A stretch of DNA of 64,000 bases from Octopus sinensis (Eukaryota), in contig NC_043005.1 of NCBI RefSeq assembly GCF_006345805.1, positions 99,634,001 through 99,698,000 of the forward strand. Reading direction: 5' to 3'. Under the pieces are notes generated by a model that did no database searches, was not told where the DNA came from, and was given only the letters and a program-made list of their open reading frames with translations. The position numbers and the translations under genes were made by a program. Below, in pieces: positions 49,661-62,970 of this stretch. The first letter of the stretch is position 1. Every line of letters begins with the position of its first letter.

Positions 49661-50557
49661 TTTTATCTATAAATGCTCTAATATCTATACAGCCTTGGAT
49701 TTTTAACTTATTACACAAAAAATTCTTATATATGTATATTGAGGGAATGGCATGGCACAGGTAAAATCCAGGCTGCTTATGTTTCTAGCTGATCCTCTGA
49801 TGTAATAATTATTGAAATGAGCAGTACTCAGCTAAGCTAGTCATCAGGCCAAGAATACATTAATTACATGAAGGTTACATTGTCATTTGAGAATCGCAAG
49901 TGAACTCACTGCAGATCTCAGCTGTGAAACAAGAAAAACAAAATAAAAAAAAACAAAGGTTTGAAGAAATAAAATGGTCATAAAGTACGACATGCATGGA
50001 CACGTGCGCACACTTACAGACTCTCACATGCAAAGAGGAAAAAATAAAGAGACCACAAAGTAAAAGAAATTTATAAAAATGCCAAAAGGTAATGCTTATA
50101 AATAAATAGAAGAAATAAGATTAGAAGGGATGTAAGAAGATTAACTGATGTATTATCGAGGTGAAACACATCATCCTTCGTTTGTACCTTAAGAATGTGT
50201 TGTATTATTTATGCTTGCAGTTTAGAATAAGGTAACTTTGTCCATTAATTAATGTCCATTAATTAATGACTGAATTAATGGACAAAGATAATTCTTCTGC
50301 AATGCAGAGACTGCATTTGTTATTACAACCGCTGTATGGTTTGGCTTAGGTAACAATGGACCATTTTATACAGTATACAACTGAGTTATGCTTTAGGTTA
50401 TGAATGAGTCTAGACAGAGAAGTACTGTTAGTTTTTGCTTGAGGTTTAAAGCTAGAGTAATGATTACGATTTCTTGCTTTGAAGGTAGTACTGCATGAGT
50501 CCATAAATACAAACTTGGAATCCTCATTGGATGATATTTTTATTGAGGCATGTTACC

Positions 50558-50611
<54 letters not shown>

Positions 50612-50654
50612 TCAAGTAAGTCAAGTATATATATATATATATATAAGTCAAGTA

Positions 50655-51160
50655 TATATATAAGTCAAGTCAAATCGAATCAAATCAAATAGATGAACAT
50701 CAATGGAATTTGTATCCTTGTGGCACATAAGAAAACCATCCGAACGGGACCGTAGCCAGTACCGCAATGACTGGCCCCGTGCTGTGGGCACGTAACAAAC
50801 ACCATCTGATCGTAGCCGTTCGCCAGCCTCGTCTGGCACCTGTGTCGGTGGCACATAAAAAACACCATCCGAGCGTGGCCGTCTGCCAGCCTCGTCTGGC
50901 ACCTGTGTCGGTGGCACATAAAAAACACCATTCGAGCGTGACTGTCTGCCAGCCTCGTCTGGCACCTGTGTCGGTGGCACATAAAATCACCCACTACACT
51001 CTCGGAGTGGTTGGCGTTAGGAAGGGCATCCAGCTGTAGAAACACTGCCAGATCTGACTGGCCTGGTGCAGCCTTCGGGCTTGCCAGACCCCAGTTGAAC
51101 CGTCCAACCCATGCTAGCATGGAAAGCGGACGTTAAACGATGATGATGATGATGATGATG
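50655..51160 (+). mobile_element. RTE LINE 3'UTR copy with 3 near-identical ~62-bp subunits
   Basis: gccagcctcgtctggcacctgtgtcggtggcacataaaa occurs three times at 50820-50990. Confidence 0.9.
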
Positions 51161-51220
51161 ATATATATATGCTATGATAGATCGCTAGCCACTACACATT
51201 CTTTATTTTCTTTCCTTGTT

Positions 51221-51258
51221 TCTTTCTGAGGAAGAGCGTAGGCTTGAAATGTTAAAGA
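51221..51258 (+). ncRNA. Minimal type I hammerhead (dimer-type) in a PLE-like tail
   Basis: TCTTT-CTGAGGA-A-GAGC(GTAG)GCTT-GAAA-TG-T-T-AAAGA. Helix III ATGT is probably decayed from ACGT. Confidence 0.65.
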
Positions 51259-51574
51259 CTTTTTCACTTCTCGAGCATTATACTAATACATCTGTTTGTT
51301 GTCTACACCACCTGTCCTTTGTCTTTTGTGAATTCTCCCCCTATACACACACACATAAATATATATATATATATATACAACAGATGTCTTTCAGTTTCCA
51401 TCTATCAAATTCACTCAAAAAGTTTTGGTCATCTTGTGGCTACAGCAGAATACACTTACTCAATGTACCACATAATAGAATTGAACCTGAAACCCTGTGG
51501 TTGAGAAGTAACTTCGTACTACCATGCCTGTGCCTATATATCTATTTATCTGTCTGCCTATCTATCTATCTATC

Positions 51575-51641
<67 letters not shown>

Positions 51642-51979
51642 GTCTGTCTGTCGGTCTGTCTACCAACCTACCTACCTATCTCTCTCTCTCTCTCTGTATA
51701 TATATATATATATATATACATCATCATCATCGTTTAATGTCTGTTATCCATGCTGGCATGGGTTGGATGGTTTTAGTAGAGCTGGCAAGCTGGGGAGCTG
51801 CACCAGGCTCCAGTCTGCTTTGGCCTGGTTTCTATGGCTGGATGCTCTTCCTAATGCCAACCAATTTACAAAGTGTGCTGGGTTTGTTTACATGACACCA
51901 CACGGGCACTTTTGTATGACACCGCATGGGATTTTTTTACATGACACCGCACAGGTGCTTTTATATGGCACTGCACTGG

Positions 51980-52340
51980 CATAGCTGTGTGGTAAGAAGT
52001 TTGCTTTCAGAGGCAGTGAGCTGGCAGAAACATTAGCACACCTGGTGAAATGCTTAGCAGTATTTCGTTTGCCGTTACGTTCTGAGTTCAAATTCCACTT
52101 TGCCTATCATCCTTTCGGGGTCGATTAAATAAGTACCAGTTACCACTGGGGTCAATATAATCGACTTGACCCGTTTGTCTGTCCTTGTTTGTCCTCTCTG
52201 TGTTTAGCCCCTTGGGGGCAGTAAAGAAATAAGAAGTTTGCTTTCAGAACCATTGTGTGGAACCTTCGGTAAGTGTCTTGAGCAGACCAAAGCCTTGTGA
52301 GTGGATTTGGTAGATGGAAACTGAAGCAAGCCTGTGGTGT
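51980..52340 (+). mobile_element. SINE-A nested in a SINE-B head, 19-bp TSD
   Basis: taagaagtttgctttcaga at 51993-52011 and 52230-52248. Confidence 0.92.
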
Positions 52341-52720
52341 ATATATACAGAGAGAGAGAGAGGGGGAAGAGAGAGAGAAAGACACCATCACCAACACACC
52401 ACACATATGTGTATGTGTGAGTGTAGAATCTTTGCTTCACTTAGAGTGCAGAGTACAATGAAAAAGTACAAGATAAAGATGTGAACATTTATTAGTTTTA
52501 TGCTGTAAAGAATGGTGGAAATGTTTGATGTTTTAGTGGTCATTTGATGAGACAGAGAGAGAGGAGAGACAGAGATAAAAAAAATACATGTTTGGAAGAA
52601 GAGAAGAAGTTTATATCATTTCAGTAATGTCTCACATGGGAGAAAGGCACATTAAGAAGTGGGTATTGTCTTGGGAACGACAACAATAACAGAAGTGGTA
52701 AATGGATGTAGGTGAATGAA

Positions 52721-52755
<35 letters not shown>

Positions 52756-53680
52756 TGTGAATGAATGTAGTTTACGTGTGAGTTTGTGAAAGATGTGCAT
52801 ATATGCGCTTGGGAAAGTCTCATCTATGCGTTTTGGGGTGGTGATACTTGGTCTGTGTGTGTGTCTGTGAGTTCATAGATTATAGAGTGCTAGAGGAAGG
52901 TAAGTCAGTAGTTCAAACTGTGAATGTATAACATATCAAGGCAGAAGATTAGTTGTTGTTCACATTGTAGGTGGGTTACAGGGGGTACCTAATATCAGTT
53001 ACAGAGGAAGAGTAAAGAAGTTATAGAGAAAGGGGGTGAAAGCCGATATCAGATCAAAGCCGAGACAGATCATCAGTAAATAGATGACAAATAATTACAA
53101 AAAATGGCAAAGCACTGTACTGGAGGGAACACATCCAACATCTAGAATAATAAAAAAATGGATGTATAATAATAAGGATGATATATAAACACACATGCAT
53201 ATGTGTGAGTGTGTGAGTGTGTGGTGCATATGCACAAATAATACTATTTCACCTTAAGTGAAAAATTTCAATTCAAATATGCAAAGTCAATCAGCAACAA
53301 AGATGTTTGAAATCCATAAAAAGCAGAGAAAACCTTTTTTCGCTAAAAGAAATAATGTTTTCTCTCCACACAATAAGCATAGATGTAACATGCTTCAAAC
53401 ACAAGTGTGTATTTATGTGTGTGCATATGTATGTATATATGCATCCACACACACACATACATTCACAAGGGTCTTTGCAATAGGAAAGATTCCTTGATAA
53501 ATTTCAGTTGCTGAATGCCTGACTGGAAGATGGCAGAGGAAGAGAAGAGGGTGGATGTGTGATGTGTAGCTGCAATGAAAAGAGTCAGGTATTTTTAATT
53601 GAATACTGAACACATATATACATGCATTTCTATGTGTGTGTATGTATATATATATACACATGTGTATACACACACACTTA

Positions 53681-54551
53681 CAGGGTGCAATGGGTCAATT
53701 GCCATCATTGTTAATTTCCTGCATGCACATTGTTGGTTTTTGATCATGTTAGCTGCCCAGTATGGTTGGACAGTCTGTGAGAAAAACAGCACCATGATGC
53801 AATTCATTCTGCCAGAAATTTGGAAACAACATGCTGTACTGTTAGGGATTCATGCTGGAAGCTCCAATATGGACATTTCAGAGTGTTTGGGTGTCAATCT
53901 GAAGACAGTGCAATCTGAAGACATGTACTGAGGGGATAAAAACCAAACATTTAGTCAGCATCATGGTGTTTGGAGTGAACGTTAGTGATGGCGATGTTAT
54001 GCCTCCATTCATCTTCCCACATGTCCTCAGATTCAAGACAGAGACATACAACAAATGCCTACAGGAGGTAGTGCTGCCCTGGGTCAAGAGTGTGGCTGCT
54101 GGAAGACCCTATGTCTGGCAACAAGACTCTGTGTCATCCCACACAAGTAGGAGAAGCCATTCATGCCTGTCAGATAATTTCTGTGACCACATCACCCCTA
54201 AAATCTAGCCATCGAACTGCCCAGACTGCAACCCCTTTCATTATTATGTGTGGGGTGCAGTTGAGCAAGAGACCAACAAAACTCCTTGTAACACCAAAGA
54301 TAAAGAAAAGCCAAGGATTATGGCAGCATTCACCAACTTAAACAAGGGGCCCATCCAGAAGATTTGCAGGAGATTCTGAAGTTCTTTGGAGGCTGTGGTT
54401 GAAGCCAATGGCAATTTTATTGAATAAATTTACTCTTTAGTATTTCCAGATATTTTTATGTAATTTTGATAAATATATCTGTTAAATTGAGATGTTAGTG
54501 TTGTTTTCATTTTTTGTGCAATTTCGATGACAGTTTATTCACTGCACCCTG
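53681..54551 (+). mobile_element. Internally deleted maT/DD37D-like transposon with both TIRs and TA TSD
   Basis: ta|CAGGGTGCAATGGGTCAATTGCCATC ... GATGACAGTTTATTCACTGCACCCTG|ta; MVFGVNVSDGDVMPPFIFP..GRPYVWQQDS. Confidence 0.92.
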
Positions 54552-57145
54552 TATACACCCCGTCACATATGAATGTTTGTATAAAATGGATCTTGCTTGA
54601 CTAAATACAGTTATGCATTTTAAAACTATTCTGAAAGATTGGAGGTTGGGGAGTGGGGGGTAAACTGAGTGGATGGTGAAACACTTGTCAAGTTGTGGCA
54701 TGGGAAGTGGAATAAAGTACACACACACACACACACGCACACACGCACATACATATGAATATGTAGGTGTCAGTGGTAACATAGAATATGTCATGGCATG
54801 GATTGTGGAATAAGGTATATAAAAATGTGGGTGGTTGCATAATTTGTGCAGTGGTGTAAATCCAGTGGGATTATATATAGAGTTTGCAGAAGGAGTGGGC
54901 AAAGTAATGAAAGCTAAATGTGGAGGTAGATTAGGATATATTTTAGTGTAGGAAGAGTGAAGAGGTGAAATGGGAAAGATGCAGGTGAATAAAAGATAGT
55001 GGTTGTAAACAGGAGCTATAGCAAATGTGTATGATTGCAAGTCTGTGAGTGTGTGTGTTTGTGTAACAAAGTAGGAGAAATAAGTTATGGCATAGGAGTG
55101 GCTGTGTGGTAAGTAGCTTACCACATGGTTCCGGGTTCAGTCCCACTGCATGGCACCTTGGGCAAGTGTCTTCTACTATAGCCTCAGGCCGACCAAAGCC
55201 TTGTGAATGGATTTGGTAGACGGAAACTGAAAGAAGCCCGTAGTATATATGTATACATATATATATATGTATATGAGTGTGTATATGTTTGTGTGTCTGT
55301 CTTTGTTCCCCCAACATTGCTGACAACTGATGCTGGTGGGTTTACGTCCCTGTAACGAAAGTCAAATAACTGAAACAAGTAAAAGACTAAAAGAGAGTGT
55401 GGAAAGATGAAGAGGTAGAGAGGTTAGATTAAAGAGAGAGAGAGAGAGACAGAGAGAGAGCAAGGGAAGGAGGGGGAGTGAGAGACAGCTAGATAGTAAG
55501 ATAGGTAACTAGTGAGAAAGACAAGTGCAAGCATAGTTGTGTGTTTAAGAAGTCCGTTTTCTAATCACATGGCTTTGGGTTCAGTCCCAATTGCTGAGAC
55601 CCTGGGTCAGGGTCTTCTAGTATTGTGAGTGAATTTGGTAAATGGAAACTAAAAGGAAGCATTGCACACACACACACACACACACCACACACACACACAC
55701 ATGCATACATATATATGTATTAAAATCAAAAAGAAGAATATGCTTTCAGAAATTCATCTTGTGCTGAAAGAAAAAAAAGTTTCAATTGTTATCAAAATAT
55801 GCTACTAGTTTAAATCATTTTATAAGACATATAAATCTTACTGTAAGAGAAAGGGAAATAGATTGAAATTAATTAAATTAAATTCAATTAATCTTTCATG
55901 ATATCAGTTTTGGCAGTTGGTAATTTTTTTCTTACAGAATTCCTATGTTGTGGGTTCTTGCTTCCCTTCTGATGGCCACTGGGCTGTTGTTGACATCTTC
56001 GTCACTGTTGCCACTGCTGTCACCATTGTTATCACCAATGCTGCTGTCCTCACTACTACTACTACTACTGCTGCTATTTCTTCTTCTTCTTCCAATCAGG
56101 ACTCACGCCATTAGCCACAAAGAATAATATCTAATTCGATCCTACTCTAAGCTACTAAGAATGCGTGTGGCAACTTGAAGATCCACCCACCACACACGAT
56201 AGACTGGCGGTTGTACAGGTGTGAAAGCTACGTTGTTAACCTCATTCCGTAAATGGTGGCTTTTAATGGGTGGAGAGCTGAACCATTCTGGGGTACAGAG
56301 GATTTGCAATCTAGACTAGGGTCTGAAAGTTTTACCACACCATAGTGGGTTACACCATGGTTCCTCTGCTTTGTGGCAGAAGTAGGAAGAAAGAGTGAGA
56401 GAAAGTTGTGGTGAAAGAGTACAGCGGGGTTCACCACCCCTCCCCGACGGAGCCTCGTGGAGCTTAGGTATTTCTGCTCAATAAACACTCACAATGCCCA
56501 GTCTGGGAATCGAAACCGCTTTCTTACGACCATGGGGCCCTAACCATGGGGCCATTGCACCTCCACTGCTGCTGTCACTGTCACCACTGCCATCACTGTG
56601 ACTACCACCGCTGTCGTCAACATCTACTACTACGACTCAACCATCGGATGAAACCAGTGCCATGTAAATTTTATAAGAAAAATGTGAACGTTCAGAACTG
56701 ATATCATGAGAAATTAATCTCAATTTATCTCAACATATTTTCCCATTTTTGTATTTTATAGTATGACTAAAACAACTTATAAAATGATTGAAACCAGTAG
56801 CATATTTTGATAGAAAGTAAATATTTTCGTTACACCCTCACTATTCTTTAATAAGAAAGCTTGTGTAAGTATGATCTTTCTTAGTTCAGTCAATAAACAT
56901 TGCTCCCACCCCCAAACACATCGATTACAGAGAAATCTGTGATAGATATGCTTTAGGAGTGTCTTTTAGCTGTGCACCTAACATAAAAATATATACTAGT
57001 AAGTAGGGCTAAACCTAAACTAAATGATGGCTGCTCATGCAAATATAATGAGATATGGTCACTAAATAACCAATACAATACAGAAACTGTTATGTATCAG
57101 GGTGGATGTGGGCTTGAAGGATCCTAGGATCAACAGATGTATGGC

Positions 57146-57604
57146 AATATGTGGACAGGAAGGGCAGTCAGCTGGCAGAAACGTTAGCTCACCGGGTGAA
57201 ATGCTGAGCGGTATTTCGTCTGCCACTACGTTCTGAGTTCAAATTCTGCCAAGGTCAACTTTGCCTTTCATCCTTTCGGGGTCGATTAAATAAGAAAGTT
57301 GATTAAATAAATAAGTAACGAATATAATCGACTTAATCTGTTTGTCTGTTCTTGTTTGTCCCCTCTGTGTGTAGCCCCTTGTGGGCAGTAAAGAAATGTT
57401 AGCTTGCCAGGTGAAATGCTTAGCGGTATTTTGGCTGTCTTTATGTTCTGAGTTCAAATTCCGTCGAGGTCAACTTTGCCTTTCATCCTTTCAGGATCGA
57501 TAAATTAAGTACCAGTTATGTACTGGGGTCAATCTAATTGACTGGACCCCTCCCCTAAAATGTCGAGCCTTGTGCCAAGACTATAAAAGAATACGTGGAC
57601 AGGA
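57146..57604 (+). mobile_element. Chimeric SINE dimer (A with tail A joined to headless A with tail B) under one 15-bp TSD
   Basis: aatatgtggacagga (57146-60) and aatacgtggacagga (57590-604). Confidence 0.8.
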
Positions 57605-58367
57605 CAGAAAGTCCATTCAGGATCAGGTTCAATAACCCAAAGAGCACCTTTAATTTCCAACGGATGAACCATGTCACAATTATAGAGAGACATACAGTTA
57701 ATGAAGAAACATGCAGCATGCTATGACATCAAATAGAAGATACTGGAAAAGTGTAAATCTTAGTTCAACAGTTGTAGGTGGTAGAAACTCTGCTTGGCCA
57801 AGAAAATAATCACCTAGAAGAACTTCCTTCACTCAGGTGCCTCCCTAAACTCCTATCCTTATGAGTACAGGTATATCTAAGCAAATTGATCAGCTGCATA
57901 ATAACTCTGAACTTGGCTGTGATTCTGCTCACAGCAATATCAGAAAGTAATAAAAGATTTATCGTCCCCCACCCAACCTTGATAAACAACCATTCACATA
58001 TATGCCTGCACCTATTCTGTCTTCTGACTAAAATATTTCAACAGGAAAAAAATCCCTTGGTAATAAAAACAGTAGGATGTCCAAGGCTAGAAATACTGTT
58101 CAAAGATTTCTTTCCAGGCGCAGGAGTGACTGTGTGGTAAGTAGCTTGCTCACCAACCACATGATTCTGGGTTCAGTCCCACTGCATGGCATCTTAGGCA
58201 AGTGTCTTCTACTTTAGCCTCAGGCCAACCAAAGCCTTGTGAGTGAATTTAGTAGGCGGAAACTGAAAGAAGCCCGTCGTATAAATGTATATATATGTAG
58301 TACAAAGTAAGATAGAGGTTATGGGTGTAACCCACTATGGAATATCATTTATCCAATATACTGTTGG

Positions 58368-58400
<33 letters not shown>

Positions 58401-58683
58401 ATATGTTTGTGTGTCTGTGCTTGTCCCCCACAACATCGCTTGACAACCGATGATGGCGTGTTTATGTCCCCGTAACTTAGCGGCTCGGCAAAAGAGACTG
58501 ATAGAATAAGCATTAGGCTCACAAAGAATAAGTCCTGGGGTCGATTTGCTCGACTAAAGCTGGTGCTCCAGCATGGCCCCAGTCAAATGACTGAAACAAG
58601 TAAAAGAGAGTTATGTTTTTTCCTCAATGGATCTCATTGAAACCATCCCCTGATTACACCAACAATCATTTGTTTTGCTACAG

Positions 58684-58730
58684 TTTCGTACGGTACGATG
58701 AAGGACAGAGCAGTTGTGTGCATTTACTGA
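58684..58730 (+). other. Weak candidate terminal exon
   Basis: atcatttgttttgctacag| followed by CpG-retaining tttcgtacggtacgatg; the phase-1 reading is VSYGTMKDRAVVCIY*. Confidence 0.2.
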
Positions 58731-58932
58731 TATCCTATCAACCTCACACTCTATTATCTCATCCATTCAGATTAATGTCAAAACACTCAGTTGAATTACT
58801 TCATCCAAATTCTCCATTAATCTAATCATATTTATTAAATATTCTAGCCATGTGTTCACACCAACTTTACAAATGAATGTGCATTATATATACATACATA
58901 CACAAACACACACACACACTCATTCTCCCCCC

Positions 58933-59023
<91 letters not shown>

Positions 59024-59389
59024 GTACATACATATATATATATGTATGAATGTATGTATGCCTGTATCTATCTATCTATCTATCTGTATCTGTCTATCTA
59101 TCTATGTATCTATATATATATGAGTGTATATGTGTATATGTATATCTTAAATGTGTGTCTTCTGGTTCTAGAATAGGTGCACCATGTCCCTGCATGTTAT
59201 AAAAGGCAACTAAAAATACTGGTGACAGGAAGTGCATCCAATCGTGAAATACTGAGTCAAAAAAGCTGTCCAGCCTGAGCCAGCGAACAAAAATAGATGT
59301 AAATCACTGATGAGGGTGTTATTATCTGTATCTGCTTATATGTGCATGTTTGAATGTTAATGTGTGTGTGTATGTGCATATATATATAT

Positions 59390-59945
59390 TATATAAAATC
59401 CCTTCCGTCTGTCTGTGTGTGTCTTCTAGGATCTCGGGCATCCTCCATCTGATTGTGCTCAAATTTGATATGTAGATACCAACAGTATCAGGGCATGTAT
59501 AAGTCTTGAAAAAATTAGGAAGGACAAGTGAGAATGTGATCGATAAAGCCATGGGAACGTGCATTTGTATGTGCAAGTACATCAGCTGTTGTGATGAACT
59601 TACTGGTACTTTAAACACTTCGGTTGCATATTTGTGTGAATAAAAATCGTTTTTCTTTGGAATAGAAAAAAGTCTATCTTTATTTCTTCTTTTGCTGGTG
59701 TCTCAAATTTAGATTAAATCAGTGTTTCTCAAAGGAGAGGCCTATGGGATGGTCGTCTATTATATAAAATCCGTTCTGTCTGTGTGTCTTCTAGGATCTT
59801 GGGCATCCTCCATCCGATTGCGCTCAAATTTAATTGAAATAAAGGCATGCTTAATTATTTTTTAATGAAAAGAAAATACTGATTGCTTTTTATTCAGCAG
59901 ATATGATTCAGCACCGTCCATCGGACGGGGGATATTTTGCTTGTT
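59390..59945 (+). mobile_element. Helitron-like element, partial tandem (1.x copies)
   Basis: tataaaatcc..ctgtctgtgtgtcttctaggatct occurs at about 59393 and 59762. The 3' end ccatcggacgggggatattttgcttgt resembles the 3' end of the 34666 copy. Confidence 0.55.
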
Positions 59946-60019
59946 TATATATATATCGAGTATGGCCATTACATGAAGCTTAATCAATGTTATTATCGTG
60001 CAATGCCTGTGCAAGAAGA

Positions 60020-60490
60020 TTTTTTTTTTAAATGGGGAAAGGATGTGCACAGAATCAATCCCACTCAATAAGCAACGGCAGCCATAATCCGAAAAGAAGA
60101 ACAAGTCAACATCATCGGTAACCACTGAGCCGCAGGATTTATGTCGGAGTTATCCCAGTTACCTGAGTTACCTTCTCCTAGAAGGATGCTCTAACAAAGG
60201 CTGGGAGTCCTTCACTCCCAATGGTTTAACCGCACGATTGGGTATTCAGTCCGATTATTTCTATGTCCCCACGCATGATACAGCCTTGAGACATTTATTG
60301 GATGGCCGTTGGCTCTCAAGAGATCCTCCGCCCTTTGACGGGTTTTGTTTTTCATCCCGCAGGGTGTCCAATAAACACCCTCCTCACCAAGCAAGCTTGG
60401 TGCGGTTGCCGGTTTAGTCGCCGACGACCCGACCATGCATCAGGTTGTACTGCGTTACATGTTACCAGTAGCACTCAAAAGTGACCTGAC
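60020..60490 (-). mobile_element. Short GC-rich retroposon resembling an RTE 5'UTR, ending in an A-run
   Basis: Minus strand has cttctaggagaaggtaactc (RTE 5'UTR-like by recollection), several hairpins, and ends cctttccccatttaaaaaaaaaa. Confidence 0.4.
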
Positions 60491-61384
60491 ACACATACAT
60501 ACATACTTACATACACACAGAGAGGTTTTTCAGTTTTCCTCTACCAAATCCACTCACAAGGCTTTGGTCAGCCTGAAGCTATAGTAGTAGAAGAATGCAA
60601 TAGGACTGAACCTGGAACCATGTGGTTAGAAAGCAAGCTTCTTACCACACAGCCACGCCTGCACTATACACACACACACAAACACACACACACATATATT
60701 TGTGTGTGTGTGTGTGTGTGCGCATGTGTGTGTGAACGAGTGCCCATGAGTGTTGTGTGTGTGTGTATACATACACACACATATATACTTATTTATGCAT
60801 ATTATTGAATATGATATATGATAGCCTTGTTTATATCAACAAGCGTATAGCAGGCATGGGTGTGTTGTTAATAATTCTACTTTGTAACCATGTGGATTCT
60901 GGTTCAGTCTCACAGCCTGGCACCTTGGGAAAATATTTTTAACCATGATCCCAACTGACTTATGTGTTGTGAATGACTTTGGTTGAAGAAAATTGTGTGG
61001 AGAGACGTTGCATACAGTTTATGCATGTGAGTGCTTGTGTTTGTATGTGAGCACGTACACATGTTTCTGTTTGCCTCTTGTCATTTGATATCTGATGTTG
61101 GTTTGTTTATGTTTCCATGAAAATAATGGTCTTGAAAATAGAGACTGATAGAATATAAACAAGACTTTAAGAAAGTAAGTAGGACAGTCGGTTTGATCAG
61201 CGAAAGTCTTCAAGGAGCTGCTTCAGGATGTCCACAGACCTATCAGCGAAACAAATAAAAGAGTGCATGTGTGTATATAGTGAGTGCGTATATATATATA
61301 TATGTATGTATGTATGTATGTGTGTGTGTATGTATATATATATATATATATATGTATGTATATATATATATGTATGTATACATA

Positions 61385-62934
61385 CAGTGAAGAATTCCGG
61401 GTAGAGGTAGAGGTCCACCAAGGCACAGTCCTCAGCCCCCTCCTATTTATCATAGTCCTCCAGGCAATAACGGAGGAATTCAAGACAGGATGCCCCTGGG
61501 AGCTCCTCTATGCTGATGACCTTGCTCTAATTGCTGAGTCAGAACTGGAGGAGAAGTTTCAGGTGTGGAAACAAGGATTAGAATCGAAGGGCCTTAAAGT
61601 CAACCTAGCTAAAACCAAAGTCCTTATAAGTAGGAAGGTAGACAAGTCGCAAACGCCTTCAGGTAGATGGCCCTGCTCGATCTGTAGAAAAAGCGTAGGT
61701 AGAAACTCTATAAGATGCACCAAGCGTAAGCTCTGGACACATAAGAGGTGCAGCAATGTCAAAGGAAGGTTAACTAGGAAGATAGTTTTTGTATGTGGCA
61801 GATGCTCAGGAGCAATAAACACTGAAAATGCTCTGAGACCAACTTCCGTCACTTTCCAGGGAGAAAAACTAGAAATAGTTGATAGCTTCCGTTACCTAGG
61901 TGACCAAGTCAGTAGCGGGGGCGGGTGTGCTGAAAGTGTAACTGCTAGAGTAAGAATAGCCTGGGCAAAGTTCAGAGAGCTCTTACCTCTGCTGGTGACA
62001 AAAGGCCTCTCGCTCAAAGTAAAAGGCAGACTGTATGATGCATGTGTACGAACAGCCATGCTACATGGCAGTGAAACATGGGCCGTGACTGCTGAGGATA
62101 TGTGTAAGCTCACAAGAAATGAAGCCAGTATGCTCTGATGGATGTGTAATGTCAGTGTTCATACTCGACAGAGTGTAAGTACCTTGAGAGAAAAGTTGGA
62201 CCTAAGAAGCATCAGTTGTGGTGTGCAAGAGAGACATTTGCGCTGGTATGGTCATGTGGTGAGAATGGATGAAGATAGCTGTGTGAAAAAGTGCCACACC
62301 CTAGCGGTTGAGGGAACCTTTAGATTAGGCAGACCCAGGAAAACCTGTGATGAAGTGGTGAAGCACGACCTTCGAACTTTAGGTCTCACTGAGGAAATGA
62401 ATAGAGACCGAGACCTTTGGAAGTATGCTGTGCATGAGAAGACCCGGCAGGACAAGTGAGACCATAACCCGTGGCCTCTACCTGGGATGTAGCCAGTCCA
62501 CTTATGCATACCTTTCCTTCTTGGGACACAAAACTCTACTTGTGAAGACCTGTTGAGGCAAGTGAAAATCCAAAATCAAAATCAAAATCGATCAACATCA
62601 ATGGAAATTGCAGTTGCGATACCAGTGCTGGTGGTACATAAGAGAACCATCCGAATGTGGCTGTTGCTAGTGCCGCCCCGACTGGCCTCATGCCGGTGGC
62701 ATGTAAAAAGCACCATCCGATCGTGGCCGTTGCCAGCTTTGCCTGGCCTCCGTGCCGGTGGCACGTAAAAAGCTCTCACTACACTCATGGAGTGGTTGGC
62801 GTTAGGAAGGGCATCCAGCCGTAGAAACTTTGCCAGATCAGACTGGGCCTGGTGCAGCCATCTGGCTTCCCAGACCGCAGTTGAACCGTCCAACCCATAC
62901 TAGCATGGAACACAGACGCTAAACAATGATGATG

Positions 62935-62935
<1 letters not shown>
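61385..62935 (+). mobile_element. Young 5'-truncated RTE LINE: RT 3' half with a single in-frame stop, complete 3'UTR and (GAT)n tail
   Basis: VHQGTVLSPLLFIIVLQAITEEFKTGCPWELLYADDLAL..FRYLGD..MLHGSETWA..ML*WMC..RHLRWYGHVVRM..GRPRKT. The stop at 62136-38 is probably CGA>TGA. Confidence 0.95.

Positions 62936-62970
<35 letters not shown>

Noticed and set aside
54507-55124. 205-aa minus-strand ORF
   Set aside because: Low-complexity composition, overlaps a transposon TIR and a (CA)n tract, and has no domain motif.
55939-56127. Signal-peptide-like poly-Leu ORF on + and Ser/Asp-rich frame on -
   Set aside because: This is a degenerate triplet-repeat tract like those at 27200-27290 and 56560-56640. 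The minus frame lacks an acceptor and the plus frame stops right after the hydrophobic run.
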